Counted from the first letter of the stretch, positions 12,713-24,554 are shown. The stretch is DNA of 64,000 nucleotides from Ostrea edulis (GCF_947568905.1 NC_079173.1:35464001-35528000), one strand, 5' to 3'. Program-made: numbers and translations. The notes: a model not told the origin generated them from the letters alone.

Positions 12713-13675
12713 AAGAGGAGATTTACGGGCAGTGCGACACACCTAGGTAAAAAGTGTAACAGACATGTATCATAATTTTATGGTAAAAAAATAATTTCAA
12801 ATTATCTTATTTAGATAAATTTGCAATTTTTGTTGTAAATTCAACAGGGATCGAAATACAAAAAATTTCACTACTGCCAAATTTTAGCTAGTGGATTCTT
12901 TTCCAAATAGCAAAATTGAGATTTTACTAGCATTTCTTTATCAACTGCTTTCTTAAATAGGAATTCAAGAAAATCAGCAAGCCTCTAGATATCAAAATAT
13001 ATGAAAATAAAGTGCAATAACAAAAATCAGATTAAGAGTTCTTTTATTTATCACTTAATAGATTACAAAATGCATCACTTGATTAGACAACATATCATTG
13101 GTAAGGGTTAAAGAGGACATCTGTACAGCATACTGGCTCTTCTGAGATCCACCACCTATTTACAACATCAAATGGCTTGAAATCCGTAACAGTCTTAACG
13201 GTGAAATTTTAAAATATATATTGAAAAAAATTGGAAGATTTCATTTTTTAAAAACTGTTGCTGAAAAACATGCTACAATAACTCTTAAGTGTTTGACTAT
13301 ACCCGACAACCTGAAGTGGTGGTACTAACATCCTCTGGTGCTGAGTGTAGGATTTTTAAAGATTCCTCTTATATCTTTTTAATCAAAACCTTGATCCCCT
13401 TTATACTGAGACGACCCCATCCAACTTTAAATTACCCCATCCTATTTTTTGCCTTTTCTTGATTATTTCTATCAAACAAACTTTAATCATTGAATCAAGG
13501 ATACTCAGTGCTAAGTTTGCTTGAAATTGGTCCAATAGTTCTGGAGAAGATGATGAAATTGTAAATTAAGGGTTTACAATGCCAACAGACAAATTTTGAT
13601 CAGAAAAACTCATTCAGGTAAGCTAACAGTGAGGAATAGCTCCATCCCACATAAACTAAAGGACACATGTGAACC

Positions 13676-13780
13676 TAGAAATGCTTTCTGACTGACTTAA
13701 TTCTGTAGCAATGGGTGCTGTTGAATTTAGAAATGCTTTCTAACTGACCTGAATTCTGTAGCACTGGGTGCTGTTGAATT
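13676..13780. repeat. 52-bp tandem duplication spanning the exon-12 donor
   Basis: TAGAAATGCTTTCT at 13676 and 13728. Confidence 0.9.
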
Positions 13781-13889
13781 ACTGTGGAGAACATCAGCTT
13801 TGTCTGGAATTCTGAAGCCTGCGATGTTCATCAGGTCTCGGATCATCTGACCTTTGATGTTGATATCCAGCTGCGAGTTGGAATGTAAA
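13749..13889 (-). CDS. TTLL4: TTLL4 coding exon 12
   Basis: LHSNSQLDINIKGQMIRDLMNIAGFRIPD; TTTCAG acceptor, AG|GTCAGT donor; 141 nt. Confidence 0.95.
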
Positions 13890-14380
13890 CTGAAAGCAGA
13901 GATCATGCAGTCACCAATGGAAATCCATAGAAACAAAATGAGCTACTGCCCTTGTTTTTGGTAAATTACACATGTGTAAATATTCTCCTGTCTATGCTGG
14001 TAATTTTGCTGTTAACAATTTCAACCTTGAAAAAAAAATTGATGATAAGCTCGAAAGAACTATATAAAGCTTTCTTCAGACCAGAGCAATGTTCAAGCCA
14101 TTGCTAGGAGTATCACTTCAATATAAAGTTAAAACTGTCTGATCCAACAGGTGTGCAAATTCCTTAACTTTTTTGCAATACATTTTCACCTTTACTTTCA
14201 TGCACAATTCTCACCACCCCCTCCATGTCCTTCAATGTGAACCTGAAATCCGGTCTAATCCAACACACAATTGATTTCCCAGAGTATGTAAGAATAGACA
14301 AGGTTCACTGTAGTGCTTCTCATCCAACATTACCCAATCATTGATTCCGCCGACCCTGGAGTCAGCACACCTGTACATAC

Positions 14381-14515
14381 CTAGGTGATATGTTGACCTC
14401 TAAAATCCACGGCTTCAGAGTCTCATCCAGAAGGACGTCAAATCCGAATAACTCATGGACACAGTATCTGCTGCGGCAGTTAGACTTGATCATGCTATTG
14501 ATGGGTGACTCGGCA
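14381..14515 (-). CDS. TTLL4: TTLL4 coding exon 11 (catalytic ELFGFD/EVN motifs)
   Basis: [44 protein letters not shown]; CTTTCAG acceptor, AG|GTATGT donor; 135 nt. Confidence 0.97.
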
Positions 14516-14580
14516 CTGAAAGAGAGACCCATTAAACAAATAAAAGTCGGTTGTTTTAATGACTCTGTAGTCACACACAG

Positions 14581-14679
14581 AAATCAGTCATTTTACTCTG
14601 AAGTCAGAAAAACATACAAATCAGTAATTTTACTCAGAAGTCAGAAAAACATACAAGTCAGTCATTTTACTCTGTAGTC
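14581..14679. repeat. About 37-bp tandem repeat, about 3 copies
   Basis: CAGTCATTTTACTCTGAAGTCAGAAAAACATACAA repeated. Confidence 0.8.
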
Positions 14680-14745
14680 CGAGAGCAAGTAGGAAGGTAA
14701 GTCTCGTCACTCCTTTCTCTGTTCATTATCTTCACCTTTTATATA

Positions 14746-15652
14746 CAGTCAGACCTGTACTAAGCAGTCACCCGTGGGATTCAGTAAATTTGACCTTCAT
14801 AGAGAGGTGACCTCTTGATAGAAGTTCACTTTATCAAACAAAACTTACACGTGCGATGATTTTCAATACTGCGTGCATATAAAGTACATGTGTATATACA
14901 CTTACATGCATGTAAATGCATATAGATTGCTGCATAATAAACAGCAAAATTTGAAACATTTCAAGTTATTGAAGGAGGTCAATTCACATACAGTTGTATA
15001 CATACACTATTTACTGTTTGTAAAAAAGCTGGTCATTTTTGGTCAGCAAGTAATGCATTGTTTTCTACATCACTAATTAATATTTCAGCTTTCCTTTTCA
15101 AAATAATAGTAACTTGAGTTTTTCCATCGCCCAATTTCAATGCTGTAGTGTCCACTTTCCATCATATTAATGGCTTTGTATCGTTCTTTCTGATTTAGCG
15201 CTTTCATTCCAACATTTTTTGCCAATTTACTTGAAATGAATACCCTTGGATTACCGTGTAAAAACAAATCATTATGATATGCTAATACAAGGTAGATACC
15301 TCTATTGTTCATCCAACCATTCAAAATTAATCTAATTAAACCAATTACATTCTTACGATCTCGTCATGCTCAATTAGTTGATAATATTAGTAACAGCACA
15401 TTCGGAAACCATCTACCTGCGTTCAGAAGATACATGTAAACTCCAGATTTAAGTTATGTGACAATTCGAAATGGTTGCTATATGCAGGGAAAATGGTGGT
15501 TTGGTAAGAAATTTGATGACCGTTGCTAAACAGGTGGCCACTTGTATAGGAATTTTAGTCGGGAGGAAATAAAATTTTAGTCAGGAGGAAATAAAATGAC
15601 CGTATGGGACAAGTGACCGCTTGACAGGTGACCGCTATGGAAAGTTTGGCTG
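14746..15652. mobile_element. Tc1/mariner-type non-autonomous DNA element (MITE)
   Basis: Imperfect TIRs CAGTCAGACCTGTACTAAGCAGTCACC / GGTGACCGCTATGGAAAGTTTGGCTG flanked by TA on both sides. Confidence 0.6.
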
Positions 15653-15739
15653 TATATTGATGTATGCATTTTCAGAGTAGAAACTGCACCTAAATAAGCT
15701 TATCTGGTAACAGGCGCTTAGTGTCAGCTGCATATAGAC

Positions 15740-15999
15740 GTCATTTCACATCAGTACAATCAGATGTTGCACTTGTGTATATACAATGTCATTTCACATC
15801 AGTACAATTAGATGTGTCACTTGTGTATAAACAATGTCATTTCACATCAGTACGATTAGATGTGTCACTTGTGTATAAACAATGTCATTTCACATCAGTC
15901 CAATCAGATGTGTCACTTGCGTATACACGACATAATTTCACATCAGTACAATCAGATGTGTCACTTGCGTATACACGACATAATTTCACATCAGTACAA
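15740..15999. repeat. 48-bp minisatellite, about 5.5 copies
   Basis: GTCATTTCACATCAGTACAATCAGATGTGTCACTTGTGTATAAACAAT. Confidence 0.92.
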
Positions 16000-16074
16000 G
16001 CCAACATAAACAACACAGAAATCCCTATCTTAACACACAAATTTCGGTCACTACGAACAGCTATGAGGTCTCAC

Positions 16075-16173
16075 CACACAATGGTTTTGATGACGAGATC
16101 CTTGATGCTCTCCCAGACCTGGTTAGTGTTAACTCCCTGTCTCTTCATGTAATTCCACAGCGCCTTCAGTCCC
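16075..16173 (-). CDS. TTLL4: TTLL4 coding exon 10
   Basis: GLKALWNYMKRQGVNTNQVWESIKDLVIKTIV; TTTGTAG acceptor, TG|GTGAGA donor; 99 nt. Confidence 0.95.
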
Positions 16174-16749
16174 CTACAAACACATACAGAAAAAACTTGT
16201 TTACAAGGAACTCTGTTACAAAGGAATCTCAGTTATAAGCAATGATTTGAAAATCCTTAGCTGTTCATCAATCTTTGTAAGAAAAACTGGTAATAAAGAA
16301 GTCAAATCATAAGGAACTTGGTTATAATTAATATAAATTATTGGTTATGATGAATTCTCGGATATGAGGAATTCTCAATTATACAACAGTGATATTTATT
16401 CCCCCTTATCAAGTTCACAGTCATTTGACAGGTTCTGGCTTAAATCTGCTAATCGAAGTAAAGTCTATTGTACAAATTATTCCTAAACAAAAATAAAATT
16501 CTTTCTCCAAATATCATTTAGATTTGGGGGTGGGGGTCCATAAAAATATGTTGTTGTGAAAAAAAAATACATCAAGTATGTGCCTAATCATCTTTAAAGA
16601 CATGAAACATTCTTGAAAACATGACAAACTTTCCTAAATGCATGGACACAAGAGGAATTACTATAGTACATAATATGCAAGTTTTCATGGCACCATACAC
16701 TTTCAAGTGTCACAGTACTACAAATGTTTTGAAGTTTCATTGCAATATG

Positions 16750-16968
16750 AATGGTGAAGATAACGAACAGTGATCAATTTCATAACTCCTATAAGTAATA
16801 CAAAATAGAGAGTTGGGCAAACACGGACCCCTGGATATACCAGAGGTGGGATCAGGTGCTTAGGAGGAGTAAGCATTCCCTGTCGACCGGTCACACCCAC
16901 CGAGAGCTCAATATCTTGATCAGGTAAACGGAGTTATTCGTAGTCAAAATCAGCGTGCCAAGAATGGC
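16750..16968 (-). mobile_element. Fragment of an abundant oyster interspersed repeat (class uncertain)
   Basis: Recognised from memory as a common ostreid repeat (GTGACCGGTCGACAGGGAATGCTTACTCCTCC...GATCACTGTTCGTTATCTTCACC); a related fragment lies at about 37245-37280. Confidence 0.5.
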
Positions 16969-16994
16969 AATATACATATTTAAATTTCAAGATA

Positions 16995-17165
16995 CTATAA
17001 ATGTTCAAGTTTCACAGCAATAGAGATATTCAAGTTTCACTGCAATACAAATATTCAAGTTTCATGGCAATACAAATATTCAAGTTTCACGGCAATACAA
17101 ATGTTTAAGTTTCACGGCAATAACACTGAACATGTTCAAGTCTCACGGCAATATAAATGTTCAAA
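16995..17165. repeat. About 25-bp degenerate minisatellite
   Basis: AATACAAATATTCAAGTTTCACGGC repeated about 6 times. Confidence 0.8.
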
Positions 17166-17249
17166 TTAACAATATTACTGGTAAGTTACATTAAATGAAA
17201 AGTGAACCCGGAATGACTTTCATATATATGACCTTGTCAATGACATTAC

Positions 17250-17372
17250 CATTTATGACCTTGACACACTGCTTCATCACCATTGGCCTGGTAATCTGCA
17301 TTTTTCTTGTTCACGCTGTAGTTCGTTAAGTGCATAAACTTGTTGTTGACATTTTTCATAGCCGTAGAATAC
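17250..17372 (-). CDS. TTLL4: TTLL4 coding exon 9
   Basis: YSTAMKNVNNKFMHLTNYSVNKKNADYQANGDEAVCQGHKW; TTTTTAAG acceptor, TG|GTAATG donor; 123 nt. Confidence 0.95.
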
Positions 17373-17592
17373 CTTAAAAAGCATAGAAAAGAGACAATAT
17401 AATTTGTAAACGATTGATTTCATGGCGTTACATTAATACATGTATTTATTTTGAAAAGGAAATGGTTCAACACTTTTATCATCTGCGAGTAACAACTTCT
17501 CATGAAAAACAAATTTACTCTGTCAGAAGTCAAAAGCAGGAATATAAAAATCTACTGACGCAATTAAAAAAAAAAATTCATAGCCAACATAC

Positions 17593-17804
17593 TTCATGGA
17601 AGCAAATCGAGCAAGTCCATCCTCAAAAATATAAATCCTGAGAGGGTCGTAGCTGCTGACATAAACATAGATACGCATGTCAAACTTGCTGTCATTGATA
17701 AGGTAGGGGCGACCGAGGTATTTCTGAACAATGACAGGTCGTTTCCGTGGTATCTGGTTCCACTTGTTGATGACTTTGATTCCTATACCTCTGGCTGAGG
17801 CGGG
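17593..17804 (-). CDS. TTLL4: TTLL4 coding exon 8 (ATP-grasp KPPASARG motif)
   Basis: PASARGIGIKVINKWNQIPRKRPVIVQKYLGRPYLINDSKFDMRIYVYVSSYDPLRIYIFEDGLARFASMK; TTTTTAG acceptor, AA|GTATGT donor; 212 nt. Confidence 0.97.
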
Positions 17805-17807
17805 CTA

Positions 17808-17966
17808 AAAACGAGATTTAATATAAAGTATCTGAACAAGTAAGTGATGATCAAGTTATCAGACAAAACAAGATTTAATATAGGTATCTGAACAAGTGAT
17901 GACCGAGTTGTCAGGCTAAAACAAGATTTAATATAGGGTATCTAAACAAGTGATGATCGAGTTGCC
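17808..17966. repeat. About 53-57-bp tandem triplication at the exon-8 acceptor
   Basis: AAAACAAGATTTAATATA..GTATCTGAACAAGTGATGA three times. Confidence 0.85.
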
Positions 17967-18204
17967 TCCTATTTATAAGTGAAAGCAATTTAACTCAACC
18001 CTAAATCCATAGCAACTGACTTTCTAATATATGTTTTGAAGTATCTAAAATGTAACATTCCCATGTAAACTTGACTTCAGTAATCAAATAATTACAATCT
18101 AGATTACACCTCTTCACCGACGACTTTAATACAAGGTCTCCTTAATTTCTACAGAAAACTATAACATCATTACAGAATACTCCTCACACATATCACAGGT
18201 ACAG

Positions 18205-18949
18205 TAACATCTATCTCATCTGACAGTCAAACCTATCTCATCCGACAGTCAAACCTATCTCATCCGACAGTCACATCTATCTCATCCGACAGTCAAATCT
18301 ATCTCATCCGACAGTCACATCTATCTCATCTGACAGTCAAACCTATCTCATCTGACAGTCAAACCTATCTCATCTGACAGTCAAACCTATCTCATCCGAC
18401 AGTCAAATCTATCTCATCTGACAGTCAAACCTATCTCATCTGACAGTCAAACCTATCTCATCTGACAGTCACACTTATCTCATCCGACAGTCACATCTAT
18501 CTCATCTGACAGTCAAACCTATCTCATCCGACAGTCAAACCTATCTCATCCGACAGTCAAATCTATCTCATCCGACAGTCAAATCTATCTCATCTGACAG
18601 TCAACCCTATCTCATCCGACAGTCACACTTATCTCATCCGACAGTCACACCTATCTCATCCGACAGTCAAACCTATCTCATCAGACAGTCAAATCTTACT
18701 CATCCGACAGTCAAACCTTTCTCATCAGACAGTCAAATCTATCTCATCTGACAGTCAACCCTATCTCATCTGACAGTCAACCCTATCTCATCTGACAGTC
18801 AACCCTATCTCATCCGACAGTCAAACCTATCTCATCCGACAGTCAAACCTATCTCATCTGACAGTCAAATCTATCTCATCCGACAGTCAACCCTATCTCA
18901 TCTGACAGTCAAACCTATCTCATCTGACAGTCAACCCTATCTCATCTGA
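18205..18949. repeat. 22-bp minisatellite, about 34 copies
   Basis: CTATCTCATC(C/T)GACAGTCAAAC. Confidence 0.96.
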
Positions 18950-19462
18950 CGTGCTGTGGGAGATAATTTCAATGTCGGTTTGGACAGTATGCTGGATTAC
19001 TCAGTGTGGAATATTTTCTGTTACTTTTAATGTCAGATTACTTAGGATCCAACATATTCATAGCACATTATACAGTGCTTAATTATTTTCTCCTCAGCTA
19101 ACATGCACATGTAACTATTACAAATAGCAAAAGATGTTTAATTTTCATCAATTTAATTTATATTATGCCTTCATATACACAATAGAAGATTTTATTGCTT
19201 AGAAGAAAACAAAAATCAATTGTTGTTGGTTTTGGTTGTTTGTTGTTTATGGAGTCTTTGTTTATATACACAGCTGATCTGTTGTGTACATACAATATAA
19301 CATCTCAGGGTTTCCGTTAACGCATATATGTGCGTAATTTACGCACAAAAATTTCATTTGACCCCCTGGAAAAAAATTACTGTGTCAAAATGATGCACAG
19401 TTTTCCCCCCATTAGTGCCGATGTTTTAATGCTTGGATAAATAAAGGTTTGTTTTCTTACAT

Positions 19463-19540
19463 TGGTTCTCCTCGGATATTAATGGGTCTCCTCGGATATT
19501 AATTGGTACTTCTCGGATATTCATTGGTACTCCTCGGATT
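19463..19540. repeat. 20-bp tandem repeat, about 4 copies
   Basis: TGGT(A/T)CTCCTCGGATATTAA. Confidence 0.8.
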
Positions 19541-20384
19541 TTTACCTCAAATTCACCTGAATGAAGTCAACTCGTTCGTCAGTTGGTCAGCGAATAGTCC
19601 GATGAGCGAGTTGTCAAATTATTGTTCATTTCCACCTAAGGTACAATTTCTTCCTTACTTCGGTATGGATTTAGTAAATCATCTACCAAAATCTTGGGAG
19701 ATTCAGCAGAAGATGTCAATAATAATAAAACTAAGACTGTGACTCCAAGTTCAACTTCGACTGTGGTCAGCAAATCAGTCCGGAATTTTAATAAAACACA
19801 TGGTTAATATATGACCAAAAAATGGATTCTTTTGTACTTAGGCACTGTGAATGAGTTAAAAGAAAACTTGTTGAAAATGGCATAAGTAACTTTACTGAAA
19901 AAGTAAAAAGGAGGAACTATTAGAGAAAGGGAAATAAACTGAACATTTTTAATTGTGTTCTTATTTACATTGAGTATGGTGCACAAGAAATGACACCCAC
20001 TATTTGAAAATGACCCCCTGATACTTACCCCAGAGGGTCAAAATGACCCCCAATTTTATAAAAACCAAAAAACACTGACATCTATTAACTTTGGTACGTA
20101 TGAATGATTACGCTGTGTTGAACAAACAGTACTTTTAAATCACTTGGTAACCTGGCCAGCAACTAATTATACTACTCCTACCTGGAGTTAAACAACTCAC
20201 ATGGTCATGTTGGATTATCCAGGTGAAATTACAATGAAATTAACAGGTAGTGTTTACAAAGAGTGCCGAAATTTGGAATATACCATGGTCAGATGATCAG
20301 TGTTTATTGCATGAATGATAATTATAAAGAAATTTTTGAGTACAAAATATTAGGTCAGAATTCCCAGTGTGCTGGGTTGCTCAG

Positions 20385-21133
20385 GTGTCAGATTGTACAG
20401 GTGTGTCAGATTGTACAGGTTTCGGATTGTAGAGGTGTCAGATTGTAAAGGTGTCGGATTGTACAGGTGTGTCAGATTGTACAGATATCAGATTGTACAG
20501 GTGTGTCAGATTGCACAGGTGTTAGATTGTACAGGTGTGTCAGATTGCACAGGTGTCAGATTGTACAGGTGTGTCAGATTGTACAGGTGTGTCCGATTGT
20601 ACAGGTGTCAGGTTTGTACAGGTGTGTCAGATTGTACAGGTGTCAGGTTTGTACAGGTGTGTCAGATTGCACAGGTGTCAGATTGTAAAGGTGTCGGATT
20701 GTACAGGTGTGTCAGATTGTACAGATATCAGATTGTACAGGTGTGTCAGATTGTACAGGTGATAGGTTTGTACAGGTGTGTCAGATTGTACAGATATCAG
20801 ATTGTACAGGTGTGTCAGATTGTACAGGTGATAGGTTTGTACAGGTGTGTCAGATTGTAAAGGTGTCGGATTGTACAGGTGTGTCAGATTGTACAGATAT
20901 CAGATTGTACAGGTGTGTCAGATTGTAAAGGTGTCGGATTGTACAGGTGTGTCAGATTGTACAGATATCAGATTGTACAGGTGTGTCAGATTGTACAGGT
21001 GTCAGGTTTGTACAGGTGTGTCAGATTGTACAGGTGTCAGGTTTGTACAGGTGTGTCAGATTGTACAGGTGTAAGATTGTACAGGTGTCAGGTTTGTACA
21101 GGTGTAAGATTGTACAGGTGTCAGGTTTGTACA
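20385..21133. repeat. Compound 16/17/18-bp minisatellite
   Basis: Units CAGATTGTACAGGTGTGT, CAGATTGTACAGATAT and CAGGTTTGTACAGGTGT interspersed. Confidence 0.95.
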
Positions 21134-21220
21134 GTGTGGACTGTATATCACTAAGAAAAGAGTTAAAAGTTTAGACATAGCTTATTCAAACTGCCCAATA
21201 TATTGTTCAGAATTTCTCAC

Positions 21221-21415
21221 TGGTTTGACGATCCACTTTTGTTTGGTTCCACCATCTTCCCAGGCTCGTTTTAACAGCTTCATGTCTGATGGTAAGACAA
21301 AAGTCTGGGGGAAGAACCCGAACTCCTTCTTTCCATTCTGAACCTGAAGCTTGGACAGATTCCTCCATAGGCGATCCTTACGGCCAATTTGAAAAGATCC
21401 GGGAAAGTGATTGAG
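21221..21415 (-). CDS. TTLL4: TTLL4 coding exon 7
   Basis: LNHFPGSFQIGRKDRLWRNLSKLQVQNGKKEFGFFPQTFVLPSDMKLLKRAWEDGGTKQKWIVKP; CTGCAG acceptor, CA|GTGAGA donor; 195 nt. Confidence 0.97.
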
Positions 21416-21799
21416 CTGCAGATATAATATCAGGTTAAGTTTAAAATAATAGAACTTTTCTTTATGTCAACTTTTGCAAAACTGGAAGTTTCTGTATATA
21501 GATTAAGTTTTGCAAAATTGGGTAAAAATGCTACAGGGTTCATTTTGCAAATAAAATTTTGATAAAAAAGATGTGAATTCTTTAATGATATTAATATTTT
21601 TAATTCTTCACAATTAACAAAAAAAAAAAGATATTAAATAAACTAAATATTGCCACTGATTAGGCCTTGGTATTTTGCTGTATAGGATATATACAATAGT
21701 TTGTACATGAGACTATGATGTAATATTAATTACTTGCACTTTCCTTTTTCTGCCTCAATTTCACATTTAGCTCCCTTGCATGTGTGGCTTGGTCTGTGC

Positions 21800-22266
21800 A
21801 ATCTCACCTCCTGATTGTAATACTTTATAACAATCTCACCTCCTGATTGTAATACTTTATAACAATCTCACCTCCTGATTGTAATACTTTATAATAATCT
21901 CACCTCCTGATTGGTCTCTCACACACTCAGTAATACTTTATAATAATCTCACCTCCTGATTGTAATACTTTATAATAATCTCACCTACTGATTGTAATAC
22001 TTTATAACAATCTCACCTCCTGATTGGTCTCTCACACACTCAGTAATACTTTATAATAATCTCACCTCCTGATTGTAATACTTTATAATAATCTCACCTC
22101 CTGATTGTAATACTTTATAACAATCTCACCTCCTGATTGTAATACTTTATAATAATCTCACCTCCTGATTGGTCTCTCACACACTCAGTAATACTTTATA
22201 ATAATCTCACCTCCTGATTGGTCTCTCACACACTCAGTAATACTTTATAATAACCTCACCTTCTGA
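21800..22266. repeat. 32/49-bp compound array containing the exon-6 donor (12 extra copies)
   Basis: AATCTCACCTCCTGATTGTAATACTTTATAAC (32 bp) and a 49-bp version carrying an extra GTCTCTCACACACTCAG. Confidence 0.95.
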
Positions 22267-22336
22267 TATTCTCGGATTGATTTAAATCCCAAAGACTTCA
22301 TGTGTTTACCCCAGCATCCCAGCCAGTCGTGGTTTC
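22260..22336 (-). CDS. TTLL4: TTLL4 coding exon 6
   Basis: RNHDWLGCWGKHMKSLGFKSIREYQK; TACAG acceptor, AAG|GTGAGG donor; 77 nt. Confidence 0.95.
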
Positions 22337-22659
22337 CTGTACACAATGCAAAACAACAGTTTGAAATGATACCTCTTACTGTCAAAGTCAACATGTTTTA
22401 AAGCTACCAATTTGAAAGAAAATTTAAACACAGCAAGCTGAAGATATAATTAAATATAATCTGTCGATTATAAAGTCTCCCAAACAAAATACTGACTGTA
22501 TAAAAAGGGGGCTTTTTCTGAATACTACTGTTTACCCTGCAATAATAACTTCCTTTTACAAAAAAAACATACCAATTCTAATTTTATCTAAAAAAAAAAA
22601 AATCTTAATCAAAGACATTGATTTAAAAAAAAATCAATCCTTTGTTTCCCTTGGTAAAA

Positions 22660-23210
22660 CTGGCATCACTTGACTTTGATCCTAGTTTGTGGGTCCCCTC
22701 ATCCTTTCTGAAAATCCAAGGTCTATCAAGACCTAGTTCTGAAGTTATATCAGTTTTCATGTTCAAGGTCACTGGAGTCACTTGACCTTGATACTAGTTT
22801 GTAGGTCACAACTACCTTTTATCATTTTCAAAGATTCCATGTCTCTATCGGTCCCAAAAAGTTAATTATCAAGATCAGAGGTCAAGGTCACTTGAGATAT
22901 ACTAGTTTGTAGGTCACAACATCCTTTTATCATTTCTAAAGATTTCATGTCTCTATAAGACATGCTTCTGAAGTAATAACAATTTTACATTCCAAGGCCA
23001 GAGGCCAAGGTCACTGGAGTCACTTGACCTTGATACTAGTTTGAAGGTCCTATCATCCTCTTCTCATTTCTGAAGATTCTATGTCACTATTATTCTCCAT
23101 TTTAAAGTTATACCAGTTTTTATGTTCATAATCAGAGGTCAGGGTTACTGGAGTCCCTTGACCTTAATACTAGTTTGAAGGCCCTGTCATTCTTTTCTGA
23201 TTTCCAAAGA
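22660..23210. mobile_element. Degenerate HINE-like internal repeats
   Basis: Repeated GGTCAAGGTCACTGGAGTCACTTGACCTTGATACTAGTTTG motifs. Confidence 0.5.
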
Positions 23211-23494
23211 CCCCGGGACTCTTATCATATCTGTTGAATTTTGAAATTGAAATAAAATTTGGTTGTAATCCGACAACTTTGATGTTTTAATGTTTTTGTC
23301 AGCCATTTAGAATTTTTTTAAAAAAATGATTGCACCCCTCCTAATGACCCCCTATCAGTCTGCAATGTTTGAATTGGATCTGTTGAAGCACTTTCATCAA
23401 TTAAATCATGTGAAGAAATTTATCATTAAAGAAGAGGATTCATAATAATAAGAAGAATAAAGGGGCAAAAAAGAAAATGAAAGAAAGTAAAAGA

Positions 23495-23810
23495 GAGCAA
23501 GCTCACATACTACATGCTCCAACATTGCTTGACGATGCCTCACATAATGTAATGAATGGTAATGCTATGCATTACTGCAAAAACAGGACAGGCGGGCTCG
23601 AAATTCTAAGTTCAAAAGGGACATAACTCCCAGAAAACTTATTGAATCAGAATTTTCTGGGAATATACACATCTACACAGTGTGTCCTTATTAACTACAA
23701 AATTTCATGAAATTCTGTTAAGCGGTCTCAGAGGAGTTGCACTGATGGACAAGGACATAATAAGAAATGGAGCAAAAACAATAAGTCTCCTAAATTTGCT
23801 TGGGAGACTT
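23495..23810 (+). mobile_element. HINE-like repeat fragment, same family as 45945-46440
   Basis: Shares GCTCCAACATTGCTTGAC...GCATTACTGCAA and GAATCAGAATTT...CACATCTACACAGTGTGTCC with 45945-46440. Confidence 0.55.
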
Positions 23811-24025
23811 GATTATAGCTTATAAAGGTATAGAGTTTTCAGCTGTTCCATTCTGAACATCAGATTTACTGTGGTATGGTCAGGATACAAGGACTTAATT
23901 AGGATACATTAATATTATGTCCAGACTTTTGTTAACAATATCTTAATAATCGTCAAAGTTTTTTTTTAAAAATGCTATTATGCCGTCCACAAAAACACCA
24001 ATCTTTTAAGGGGTCGCCTATAAGT

Positions 24026-24030
<5 letters not shown>

Positions 24031-24077
<47 letters not shown>
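24031..24077. repeat. (AT)n microsatellite
   Basis: Perfect AT run. Confidence 0.95.
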
Positions 24078-24080
<3 letters not shown>

Positions 24081-24172
24081 TTTCTGAACAAAATTTAACT
24101 CCCAAAAATCTACAAAATTTAACTCCCCAAAATCAACAAAATTTAACTCCCCAAACCCGACTTAGAGGCGAA

Positions 24173-24488
24173 TATATACTGTAGGTGAGCACTTTGTGGT
24201 ACTGATGTTTGGTAATTCTGAAGTGTGACCGGGCGAGTGTATGTTTCACAATATATACTGTAGGTGAGCACTTTGTGGTACTGACGTTTGGTAATTCTGA
24301 AGTGTGACCGGGCCAGTGTATGTTTCACAATATATACTGTAGGTGAGCACTTTGTGGTACTGACGTTTGGTAATTCTGAAGTGTGACCGAGTCAGTGTAT
24401 GTTTCACAATATATACTGTAGGTGAGCACTTTGTGGTACTGACGTTTGGTAATTCTGAAGTGTGACCGGGCCAGTGTATGTTTCACAA
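24173..24488. repeat. 79-bp tandem repeat, 4 copies, spanning the 3' 45 nt of exon 5 and its donor
   Basis: Units start at 24173, 24252, 24331 and 24410. Confidence 0.97.
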
Positions 24489-24554
24489 TGTTTGGTGTGA
24501 TCGGACTCATTCTCCACTTCAGAAGTTTCCGCAAATCCCATGGCAGTTGTTCCA
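24444..24554 (-). CDS. TTLL4: TTLL4 coding exon 5 (start of TTL domain)
   Basis: VEQLPWDLRKLLKWRMSPITPNIVKHTLARSHFRITK; poly-T CAG acceptor, AAC|GTCAGT donor; 111 nt. Confidence 0.95.

Noticed and set aside
15721-16152. 143-aa plus-strand ORF
   Set aside because: 48-bp minisatellite plus the antisense of TTLL4 exon 10.
18205-18949. Array of 9-nt microexons (CAG|ATGAGATAG|GTTTGA) on the minus strand
   Set aside because: GTTTGA is a poor donor, spacing is too tight, and there is no supporting evidence.
20369-21174. Multiple Cys/Val-rich ORFs (CQIVQV, VRLYRC)
   Set aside because: Overlapping ORFs in all frames produced by a stop-poor minisatellite; no start or splice context.
21800-22266. Repeat-spacer-like appearance suggesting a CRISPR array
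   Set aside because: The spacers are only two invariant types (32/49-bp units), the context is a eukaryotic intron, and there are no cas genes.
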